34,719 bases of DNA from Welwitschia mirabilis (lineage: Eukaryota). The DNA lies in assembly GCA_051453625.1 (NCBI GenBank), contig JBOZIK010000001.1, forward strand, positions 33,125,562 through 33,160,280, in the 5' to 3' direction. A program made the translations under genes and the position numbers. The notes under the pieces are model-generated. The model made no database searches and was not told the DNA's origin. It worked only from the letters and a program-made list of their open reading frames with translations. Of this stretch, positions 23,992 to 34,719 are shown in pieces (positions within the stretch are counted from its first letter, which is position 1; every line of letters starts with the position of its first letter).

Positions 23992-26900
23992 CTAGGTGTT
24001 TACAAAATAACATTCGGTTTCATCAACATTTCTTCTAATATCTTGGTTTACATGGAACATTTTATCAAATGATTTAACATCTATTCTATAAATATTATTC
24101 ATACATTTTTTAAGAAAAATAGAAGCATTCATTTTCTCATCCACAATAGGACATTTTAATTTCTCAAAAATTATTGTATGCCCTTTATCACAAAGTTGAC
24201 TTACACTTAATAAATTTTGTTTTAAATTATTAACATAAAGTACATTATCAAGTTTAGGTAATATACCTCCCTTAATGCATCTTATACCTTCTATTTTTGT
24301 TGTTTCATTGTTTCCAAAGATGACTTCTCCTTTGTTTATGCTCTCCAAGTCTTGAAACCTTAATTTATCTCCTGATATATGTCTTGAACAACCACTGTCT
24401 AGATACCAACTATTCATACGTGGTCCTCTAAAATCTATCTGTGTTAGAAAACTTTGAATCTTATTATCTTTAATCCACTTAGTTTTATTTGACTTAGGTG
24501 TTACATTTTTCTTAGGAATAAACTTAAAAGGTAATGTATTTATATTTTCAAAGAAAATCATTAATTTTCTAACTTTGTAAAAATGTTTTGAATGACTAAA
24601 TTTACCACAAAAGTTATACAAAAGATTAAGCACATACTTACTTGTCTAGTTTACCTGTTCTTGTGATTTTTGTGTACTAAATCCAATACTTAATTTGTCT
24701 CTAGTCATATTGCATACTTTAAGTATCTATTCTAATTTAGAAGAGCTACCAGAANNNNNNNNNNNNNNNNNNNNNNNNNNNNNNNNNNNNNNNNNNNNNN
24801 NNNNNNNNNNNNNNNNNNNNNNNNNNNNNNNNNNNNNNNNNNNNNNNNNNNNNNATTGATTGTACTTCTACACTATAATTCATTAGGTCTAGTCAACTGA
24901 TTAAAGCTCTGATCGATCCATTGAGACATGGACTTACAGTACTGGAAAGGATCTGGGCGACTGGGCTCTCAGGCTAGTCAATTGACTATGTATGATTGAT
25001 TGAATCATGGATCTGGTCACTATAATCAGCTAATAGATGGTAACTTAACCCTCAGATTAATTTTGTGATCATCAGATTGATTGTAGATACTAGGTGTTTC
25101 ATCAGAATTTACAGAATAACATTCGATTTCATCAACATTTCTTCTAATATCTTGGTTTACATGGAACATTTGATCAAATGATTTAACATCTATTCTATAA
25201 GTATTATTCATATATTTTATAAGAAAAATAGAATCATTCGTTTTATCATTCATAATATAACATTTTGATTTCTCAAAAATTATTCTATGCCCTTTATCAC
25301 AAAGTTGAATTACACTTAATAAATTTTGTTTTAAATTATTAACATAAAGCACATTATCAAGTTTAGGTAATATACCTCTCTTAATGCATCTTGTACCTTC
25401 TATTTTTGTTGTTTTTTGGTTTTTAAAGATGACTTCTCCTTCATTTATGCTTTCCAAGTTTTAAAACCTTAATTTATCTCCTGACATATGTCTTTAACAA
25501 TCACTGTCTAGATCCTAACTATTCATACGTGGTCCTCTAAAATCTATCTATGTCAAAAATATTTGAAGATTATTATCTTTAACTCACTTAGCCTTATTTG
25601 ACTTAGGTGGTATATTTTTCTTAAAAATAAACTTAAAATACAATGTGTTTACATCTTAGAGAAAAGCATTAATTATCTAACTTTACAAAAAGATTTTAAA
25701 TGATCAAATTTACCATAAAAATTACACAAAAGATTGTGCACATACTTACTTATCTGATTTATCTATTTTTGCGATTTCTGTGTACTAAAGCCCATACTTG
25801 ATTTATCTCCAGTGGGCTTTCGTACTCTTAGCATCTATTCCAATTTAGCAAGGCTACTAGAAAANNNNNNNNNNNNNNNNNNNNNNCTTTTTCTTCATAA
25901 ATTAGTCTGATGTTGTCAGATTTGAGCACATTGTATTTCTCTTCTACTTTCTTCTTTTCTTTGGTAATAATCTTGACTATTTTATTTAACTCATTTATTC
26001 TCTTAGCTAGCTTTTCACACTCCTTATACAACCCCTGACATGTGTCTTCTAGCTTATCTTCTTCTTTATTAATCATATTTAAATCATCGAGCATTGATGT
26101 GCTCGGTACATTTTTAAGTGATAGCACAAAATCCATGAAATACAATCTTTTATCTCTATCTAATCTATGATCCAAATAGTTTTTCTCATCTTCATCATCT
26201 TCATTATCCTAAGTAGCCATATGATCCAAATAGTTTTTCTCATTAGTCATATGATAAAATCNNNNNNNNNNNNNNNNNNNNNNNNNNNNNNNNNNNNNNN
26301 NNNNNNNNNNNNNNNNNNNNNNNNNNNNNNNNNNNNNNNNNNNNNNNNNNNNNNNNNNNNNNNNNNNNNNNNNNNNNNNNNNNNNNNNNNNNNNNNNNNN
26401 NNNNNNNNNNNNNNNNNNNNNNNNNNNNNNNNNNNNNNNNNNNNNNNNNNNNNNNNNNNNNNNNNNNNNNNNNNNNNNNNNNNNNNNNNNNNNNNNNNNN
26501 NNNNNNNNNNNNNNNNNNNNNNNNNNNNNNNNNNNNNNNNNNNNNNNNNNNNNNNNNNNNNNNNNNNNNNNNNNNNNNNNNNNNNNNNNNNNNNNNNNNN
26601 NNNNNNNNNNNNNNNNNNNNNNNNNNNNNNNNNNNNNNNNTTAGTCATATGATTAAATCCTTTATATAAGTAGCATTGGCTTTCCTTTTCTTTTTCTTAC
26701 TCCTTTCTTTGTTTTGAACTACTTATTTTTGAATTTCTACTTGATTCTCCTTTTTTTTCTTATGAAGAAACTTTCTGAATTATCTAGTTAGAAGAGCTAA
26801 TTCATCATCATTGAGTTTTTCATCTTATCTGTTAGATTTATAGTCTTCTTACACATATTTTAAAGCAATACCTTTTCTTTTATCTTTACTAAACTTAAGT

Positions 26901-27702
26901 TCATAGGTCTGAAGATTACCTTGAAGTTCTTCCAATGCCATTGCATTAATGTTTTGCTCTCTTTGATGGATGTCACCTTTGGTTTGAATCTCTTAGGTAG
27001 GAATCTTAAGACTTTCCTTACCACTTTTCTTTCCTCAATGCATTCTTTGAGGCTTGTCATTGAGTTCATGATATCTGTAAGTCTAGCGAAAAATTCCTGC
27101 AAAGTTTCTTCTTCATCCATATGAATATCTTCAAATTTAGAGATAAGCATCTAAAGTTTCACTTATTTAATAGTTGATATTTCTTCATGTGTCACTTTGA
27201 GAATGTCCTAAGCTTCCTTACCATGGTTACAGTTCACTATTTATTTGAATTCATTTACACATACTACACAGAAAATTGCATTAAGAGCATAGGNNNNNNN
27301 NNNNNNNNNNNNNNNNNNNNNNNNNNNNNNNNNNNNNNNNNNNNNNNNNNNNNNNNNNNNNNNNNNNNNNNNNNNNNNNNNNNNNNNNNNNNNAGTTCAC
27401 TATTTATTTGAATTCATTTACACATACTACACAGAAAATTGCATTAAGAGCATAGGCATCTATGGTGGCTTTTGACTTATCTGCAGCTGATCATTGGTCT
27501 TAGGATTTGGAAATTGGGATAGTATTTCCATTTGCATCAGTTTGAGCTATCATAGGCATAGTCTAACCTTTTTAAATGACTTCCTCTATGTCAGCATCTA
27601 GGGATTTAAGAAATATTCTCATCCTAGCTTTCCAATAGGCATAGTTTGATCCTTAAATATGGGTGGACGACTAATTGAAAATCCATTAGAAAGATTACTT
27701 AT
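23992..27702 (-). pseudogene. gag: Sirevirus gag plus aspartic protease, decayed; protease region present as two diverged copies (23992-24754 and 25026-25864)
   Basis: SISRPPIF..SNYAYWKARMRIFL (~27680-27607), MLISKFEDIHMDEEETLQEFFARLTDIMNSM..RFKPKVTSIKES, decayed knuckle QCYLYKGFNHM (~26678), WYLDSGCSRHISGD (~24409), NVLYVNNLKQNLLSVSQLCDKG. Confidence 0.93.
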
Positions 27703-28121
27703 TTTTAAGGTTTTAAAGTTAAGATTCATTAAAATGTATTATAAACTTAACTTAGCTTACCAAANNNNNNNNNNNNNNNNNNNNNNNNNNNNNNNNNNNN
27801 NNNNNNNNNNNNNNNNNNNNNNNNNNNNNNNNNNNNNNNNNNNNNNNNNNNNNNNNNNNNNNNNNNNNNNNNNNNNNNNNNNNNNNNNNNNNNNNNNNNN
27901 NNNNNNNNNNNNNNNNNNNNNNNNNNNNNNNNNNNNNNNNNNNNNNNNNNNNNNNNNNNNNNNNNNNNNNNNNNNNNNNNNNNNNNNNNNNNNNNNNNNN
28001 NNNNNNNNNNNNNNNNNNNNNNNNNNNNNNNNNNNNNNNNNNNNNNNNNNNNNNNNNNNNNNNNNNNNNNNNNNNNNNNNNNNNNNNNNNNNNNNNNNNN
28101 NNNNNNNNNNNNNNNNNNNNN

Positions 28122-29949
28122 CTAAGTCTCAACCTATAGCATAAAATTTTCAAGGCTTATCCCCAACTTATAGCACGGACCTTTCAAGGCTTAGTCTCAA
28201 CCTATACAAAATAATAGTAGTGATGTAGTGATGCCTCAATATCACAAATATCACCCGTTATGAAATTAGTACAATAGATGGAGATCTCTTCCTATAGTAG
28301 TATACCAATGTAACTCTAGATCTGACTTTAAATACAGTACATGTGCTAGTAGTAGATCTTCTCTAGTCAGATGTGTAAAAGCCAAGATACAATAGTTATA
28401 ATAATATCAATACCTAACTTGATATCTTAGATCCAAAGTGATTTAGCCAAATGAAAATGGTTCCAAAATATTTCTTAGTTATCTATATCCTAACTATTTA
28501 TAATGGAAGGCTATTAGGATTTAGTACATTTGAATTATACCTCCAATGGCTATAAACTACTATAAAATAGCTACCTAATGGCTAGATAATAGATACATAA
28601 CATTTAGAAAAATTTTATTTCTACTTCATCTGGTTGACTCCACAAAAATCCGATCGACCCCATGTGGTGCTATGAGTTACATAGATCACCTGAGAGAGAG
28701 TTTTAGTTGCCCTAGATTTTTATGTTTTCATGTCTGATCAACATCATGTAGATCTGGTTGACCCTAGTCTGGTCGATCCCATCCTGGATCTGGTCAACCC
28801 CTTATCTCTCAGTCTAGAAATATTGTTTGTCAAGTCCTCAAATCCAGTCGACTCCATGAAAATCTGGTCGACCCCTTTCCATTTGGTTCAGGAACATTAG
28901 TTCTTCAAGTTACAAGTCTGGTCTATCCCATCAAAATCTAGTTAATCCCTCTAGATTTAGTTCATTTTCCTTTGATAGCTTCATGTGCGGTCGATCCCTT
29001 AAGAATCTGGTTGATCCCTCTTAGAGGGTGAATGAATAAACAGGTTTCTAGTGCATACTTTAGTTCCATCTTTCAACTTGCAAGAACCTTAATATCTTCT
29101 ATACAAAATTTGCTATACAAAAGACATTAGTTTGACATCAATTGGCAAAACATAATTCAACAATCTCCTCCTTTTACNNNNNNNNNNNNNNNNNNNNNNN
29201 NNNNNNNNNNNNNNNNNNNNNNNNNNNNNNNNNNNNNNNNNNNNNNNNNNNNNNNNNNNNNNNNNNNNNNNNNNNNNTTATAATGGAAGGCTATTAGGAT
29301 TTAGTACATTTGAATTATACCTCCAATGGCTATAAACGGATATAAAATGGCTAATTAGTGGCTAGATAATGGATACATAATATTTAAAAAAATTTCTTTT
29401 CACACCATTTGGTTGACCCCATAAAAGTTCAGTCGACCTCATGTGGTGCCATGAATTACATAGGTCGCCCAAGAGAGAAATTCAATTACCCCAGGTTTTT
29501 ACATCTCCATGTCCAATTGACCCCATTATAGTCCAGTTGATCCCATTTTAATCCAATCGACCCAAGTTTAATTGACTCCTTGTCTCTTGGTCTGGGAATA
29601 TTATCTGTCAGGTCCTCAAATCTGGTTAACCCCATGAAAATCTGGTTAACCCCTTATCATTTAGTTCAAGAACACTGATTCTCCAAGTTACAAGTTTAGT
29701 CGACTCCATTAGAATCCGGTCAACCCCTCTAGATTTAGTTTATTTTCCTTTGATAGCTTCAGGTGCAGTCAACCCCTTTAGGATTCAGTCGACTCCTTTA
29801 AAGGGTAAATCAATTAAACAAGTTGTTGGTGCATATTTTAATTTCATCTTTTAACCTGTAAGGACTCAAACTCTTCTGCAAAACATATAAAACATTTTTT
29901 ATACAAGAGATATTAGTTTAACATCAATTGATAAAATATAATCCTAATA
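28122..29949 (-). repeat. 5' LTR region: two diverged LTR copies (28122-29162 and 29278-29949); U5 end and PBS hidden in the 27765-28121 gap
   Basis: Both align with 19160-20935. The first is followed by a PPT-like atctcctcctttt, the second by the TSD GTGCT. Confidence 0.85.
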
Positions 29950-30388
29950 GTGCTAATGTTCATTTTATGATGAAACATTTTCATCACTTCTCAGAATATT
30001 TCATAGCTATATATTTTTCAAATCTCATAGTACTCAAATTTATACTTAGTTTAGCAAGTTATCCTCTTTTATCTGCCTTCTTAGTTCCATCTACTTTCTT
30101 TGCTTGCTTTATTTTCCAATATGAGATTTATTTCTTTTCTCACTAGGGGTAAGAACCCATTTTTATGACTCATTTTTAAAAAAATTTTAACTTAATTTAA
30201 TTCTTTCATAAGATAAATTTTTCAAATTTTCATACACATTATGCATTACTTATTATTTATCTATGTGATGTATTTCATGATCCTGTTTTATAATTTCAAG
30301 ATTTATCTTTTGAAAAATAAATTAACTTTTAATTATGGTTTTTCTCCTGGTTCATATTAGGGACCAATAAAAGATAACTAGAGGGCTA

Positions 30389-31628
30389 TGTTGCACTACT
30401 AATTTATGGTTATTTGATGAGGTTTTATGAGCTATTTTTTAGGACATTTGTACAAGTTTAGATGCAATTTTGATGATTTTGGAGATTTAATAGGGAATCT
30501 CAGAAATGGAAATTCTTATCCAAATTTGATGTATTTAAGGCACATTATGATTCATAGAGCTTTGGAAGAGGATTATTGATAAAAATGCTAAGTTTTTTCT
30601 TAAGAAAATGATTAAAGAAAACCATCATCCTCTTTGTCGTCCAGACAATAAGCAGGACGATGACAGCTGACATGGACTACTGAGTTATCTAATTAATCAC
30701 TTGTTAAGTCAACTTTTATGATGAGTTTTCATCTCCTTCATCATTTAGATGATCTTATAGGATGATACTAATATCTAGCTAATTCTAACAGCCGACCCTT
30801 GACTATTTCATCCATTTCTTATTTGTAAATAAGTGCGTTTAACCATGCCTATTACTGTTATTTTCTGTTATGTGTTCTTATAATTAAATCCTTCTTCGAT
30901 TCTCCTCCTTATCTTCATTGCATTGAAAATTCTCATGACAGAAGACTGAAGGGATGAGATCCATCTTGAGTGTTGTAGAAAGATGTGCCCTTAGTGGAGG
31001 GCTATGTATCCTCCATTGGGACTTGGCTATTTTATAACCCAGATGCTTGTTATTCATTCTTAATATAAACTTTGTTTTTCTTTCATGTTTGCNNNNNNNN
31101 NNNNNNNNNNNNNNNNNNNNNNNNNNNNNNNNNNNNNNNNNNNNNNNNNNNNNNNNNNNNNNNNNNNNNNNNNNNNNNNNNNNNNNNNNNNNTTTATAAC
31201 CCAGATGCTTGTTATTCATTCTTAATATAAACTTTGTTTTTCTTTCATGTTTGCATTGTAGATTTTTTTATTACTCTTATAGTCTATTTTGCCCTTGATT
31301 TGATGACAATTTCTTGGGTGATATAGATTATCAAAGGCAGCCTTTGTTAAGGCTGAAAGCACATAGTATTAGTTCCATTTCGCATTTCATCTAAATTAGT
31401 TACATCTTGCATTTTGCATTGTAATTTATTGCCTTATATTATTCATTTATTTCTAGTTCCTATTATTCTTTTTCAAAGCAATCCGAGTCTTGTCTCATAG
31501 TCTTCAATGTGAATATGACATTTTGAGTCTATTCCCACTCATACTAGTGTGTTGTAAGATATCTATTTATTTTATGAATGACAGAATCATTTTCAACTTA
31601 AGCACTTGTACAAATATAGACCATAACA
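30389..31628 (+). repeat. 3' LTR of the Athila-like element (about 1.1 kb after collapsing the gap overlap)
   Basis: TG...CA termini, preceded by purine-rich ..AAAAGATAACTAGAGGGCTA and followed by the TSD AGTGA. Confidence 0.88.
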
Positions 31629-33746
31629 AGTGACGATACATTTGTCTTACTCAATCAAGGAAGTGAAACTAGATTTGTTACTTGTCATGTGCCTTGAGTG
31701 TTCACTTTCAGTGTACCATGTATGCCTCTTTATGACTTGTAAGGTAATTTGAGCTAAGAGGACTGGCCTTTGTTTAGGAACTCATGTTTTCTTTATCTAT
31801 GTCTATAGCCTATACAAAATGTTATACTAAGCTCTTTAACCTCTTGGCATTATCATCATAGTATCTCCTACTTAACTTGTATGGGTAATTAAATTTCTAA
31901 TAACTACATTTGTAATATTAATAATAAGTGATGTTGTTTATCAATGCTAAGTGATCATGCTTAAATTATAGTTTCACTTATTAAAGAATGAAGTTGAAGT
32001 ACTTATGAAAGCCTTATTGTGTCCTAAGATACTTCTTTTATTGGCACTCCTACATTGTCTAATCATGATCTTCAATGTTTCCTTTTCTTAGGTGAATTTC
32101 ATTGATCTTCTTTACATCTATAAGTTCTTACTTAATATTCTTGAACTTACACGTTAGTTTAATAATCTTAGTCTTAAGGGCTAATTNNNNNNNNNNNNNN
32201 NNNNNNNNNNNNNNNNNNNNNNNNNNNNNNNNNNNNNNNNNNNNNNNNNNNNNNNNNNNNNNNNNNNNNNNNNNNNNNNNNNNNNNAATGTTATACTAAG
32301 CTCTTTGACCTCTTTGCATTATCATCATAGTATCTCCTATTTAACTTGTATGGGTAATTAAATTTATAATAACTACATTTGTAATATTAATAATAAGTGA
32401 TGTTGTTTATCAATGCTCAATGATCATGCTTAAATTATAGTTTTACTTATTGAAAAATGAAGTTGAAGTACTTATGAAAGTCTTATTGTGTTCTAAGATA
32501 CTTCTTTTATTGGCACTCCTACATTGTCTAATCATGATCTTTAATGTTTCCTTTTTTTAGGTGAATTTCACATTTATCTTCTTTACATCTATAAGTTCTT
32601 GCTTAATATTCTTGAACTCACATGTTAGTTCAATAATCTTAGTCTTGAGGGCTAATTTTTCATTTACCAATCTATTATAAGAATTCTTTTCTTGCTTATA
32701 ATCTAATTTACAATTATGAAGTAATTTTTTCATCTTAAAACTTATGATTATGAAGTAATTTTTCCATCTTGGAACATAATTACAACTTAACAAGTTCTTC
32801 TAAAATTAGATTATACTTTTTTTAAAGTTTTATACTTGTTTTATCTCCACTTCCTAATTTTTATTTATCATCTTTCTTTCATTATCATTTAGGGTATGAA
32901 GGGTATGAATAATAGCCATGTAAGATGGATGAGCATTCTCTTCATTTGAGGTATCTACTTTTGTGGCATTTTCATCATTATTCTAACCTAGAAAGAGAGA
33001 ATTTTTCCCTTGATCTCTTTCTTTTATTCTTTTCCTTGCAATTAGTTAAAGCTCAGATATTTTAAGGATAAATGTTCTTATCCACTACATATCCAACATT
33101 CTAACCTAGATATATCATTTTTAGAAGATGAACTAGATGAAAACTTATCTCTAAACTTATCTTTTGTTTGAAATCTTAGTGACTTGTTGTAGTCCTCTTT
33201 TATTTGTTCCTTTATAAGATTAATCTCCTGATACACCTTGTAATTAGATCTAGTTCTTTGTCTACATTATCTTTTAAGTCATCCATATTTAAAACTTCTT
33301 TCTCCTTTCCTTTTACAAATTGTCTTAGTTATTCACTTATTTTAAGTGCTATGGATTTATCTTTCACAGACCTGTCTTAGATGAGATTCACTTCATATGT
33401 TGTTAGTGCACTTAGTAATTCTTCAATCTTTATGATGCTAAAGTCTCTTGATTATTTCATTGAAAGTATTTTCTGCCTATTTTGGAGCCAAAGATCTAAT
33501 CACTTTCTGAATTATCTAGTAAATCTTCATTGATCCTTCAAATGGCATTCACAATATTATTAACTCTTATGAAGTAATTTTATACTCTTTTTCCATCATT
33601 TATCTTTAAGTTGTCAAACTAATTTGTCCAAATCATGAGCTTTATTGTTTAAGTACTAAAGTTTCCTCATCTAAGATCTTTCATATTTTCTTAATAGTTT
33701 TTCATCTGATTATCTATTTGACCTTTTCAAAGTAAGGTTTTTATAT
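31629..33746 (-). pseudogene. gag: Gag and protease N-terminal part of the outer Copia element (continues at 12581)
   Basis: WYTESEHSRHMTSNKS (~31726; WYLDSGCSRHMTG), SRDFSIIKIEELLSALTTYE (~33452-33393), FDNLKI...YFIRVNNIVN (~33618-33548), KTIKKI*KIL (~33700). Confidence 0.9.
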
Positions 33747-34719
33747 TGATGGGTGGCTTATATGATAAAATAAGTGTGGAAAGTATCAGAAAATAATACC
33801 AAAAACTATAAAATAATGCTGGAAAAATGTAGAAACTATGCTACTACTAACCTAAAATAAGTACACATCATTAAATAAAAATACAACAAAGGCTTACTAA
33901 AGAACTAGTTGAGACTTAGTTCAAAAATCATCATCACAATAGTCTTGTGATGAAGTTACTTGAAATAGTTAAGTTATTTATTGAATCTTAATTAATATGT
34001 ACATATATTACACCAAGGGGGTATAATAAAAGAAATAAAACATAACAGATGTTAAATAAACTATTGAACAATACTTATTTCTAAGTACTGGAATTATTCT
34101 AGTTTATGCTCAGCTACACAAATACGAGTGAGATAAGAGTAATATTACTTTTTCAAGTAGTAAAGTATCTGCATAATGATACTAAAATGCTTTTCAACTT
34201 TTTATTGAAATATCAATTATTACATAAAGATGAGCTAACAAACTATGTTCTCCTATGCAGATAATACTATAGAACATGAGAAAATGTTATTGACACCTTT
34301 GTAGGCTAGCTAGAGTTCCCTAGCTTGACCTTCTTATATTGTCTATTCCTAGAATTGTTTTACCAAAAAGATCCCACCTTGGGTGATGATCACATTTTTT
34401 CACCCTATTAGTTTTTTTTCCCATTCTTTGCTCTTAATAAATAGGCATATGGTTAGGGTTGTTATGCTAATTCACTACCTTAACCTTCTCTCTTATCTTC
34501 ATGCCACTTGCCATCCTATACATGAAATGCAATAATGAAATATATGCATACTAACCTATTAATATACTAATTAACTAATTGATTGATTAGTAAGCATAAC
34601 GATAGATAAAAACACTTATTTTTTGATGAAATATATAATTTAGATAATGAAAAAACACTTCCTTAATAGGTGATATTTACATAAAATTTATCCTTATCAG
34701 TTCCCCAAGCTTAATTTTT
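33747..34719 (-). mobile_element. Possible further LTR fragment truncating the outer gag
   Basis: Gag similarity stops abruptly at TGATGGGTGGC (minus strand ..GCCACCCATCA terminus). The sequence is non-coding, with AACCCTAA and a TATA-like CTATTTATTAAG on the minus strand at ~34433-34460. No second copy is visible. Confidence 0.4.

Larger units (their letters stand above)
18763..29949 (-). mobile_element. Sirevirus (Copia SIRE/Maximus) element, apparently non-autonomous: LTR-gag-protease-extra ORF-multiple PPT-LTR
   Basis: LTRs of about 1.4 kb, PPT CAAAGGGGGAGAT abutting the LTR TG at 21294, several upstream PPT copies, a C-rich U5 motif and SIRE-type gag. Flanks ATGCT (18758-18762) and GTGCT (29950-29954) differ by one transition, and both outer termini carry a single transition. 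Confidence 0.9.
12582..31628 (+). mobile_element. Gypsy (Athila-like) LTR element with no visible pol, inserted in the Copia protease and containing a nested Sirevirus
   Basis: Direct repeats start TGTTG at 12582 and 30389, and the 3' LTR ends CCATAACA at 31628. Perfect TSD AGTGA at 12577-12581 and 31629-31633. The lineage call is inferred from the pre-LTR motif and weak gag-like peptides, and is less certain than the structure. Confidence 0.85.

Noticed and set aside
1-34719. Host genes, RNA genes, organellar inserts or a novel prokaryote-type system
   Set aside because: None is recognisable; nearly all interpretable sequence is accounted for by retrotransposon remnants. Very short or highly diverged exons cannot be excluded by eye.

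Overview
AT-rich, CpG-poor, gap-riddled plant nuclear scaffold made almost entirely of decayed, nested retrotransposons. I see no host gene, RNA gene, CRISPR array or prokaryotic system, and most track ORFs are artefacts of N-runs. Left part: the 3' end of a Sirevirus LTR (1-256); a probable Gypsy-like LTR fragment (257-583 and 4096-4270) interrupted by a small Copia element showing only gag (584-~4080); and a decayed L1 LINE ORF2 (~4330-6900). The rest is a three-layer nest supported by target-site duplications (TSDs). An outer SIRE/Maximus-like Copia gag-pol on the minus strand (~7945-12581 and 31629-33746) is split inside its protease by an Athila-like LTR element (12582-31628, perfect TSD AGTGA). 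That element is interrupted by a Sirevirus (18763-29949, minus strand, TSD ATGCT/GTGCT). The inner Sirevirus has gag, protease and an env-like extra ORF but no integrase/RT/RNase H across a gap-free junction, and it carries a small copy of its LTR promoter layout before the extra ORF. Almost every ~100-N gap is flanked by identical to clearly diverged duplicate sequence, suggesting interleaved haplotypes or paralogous copies. All translations and alignments were done by eye, so boundaries marked ~ are approximate.
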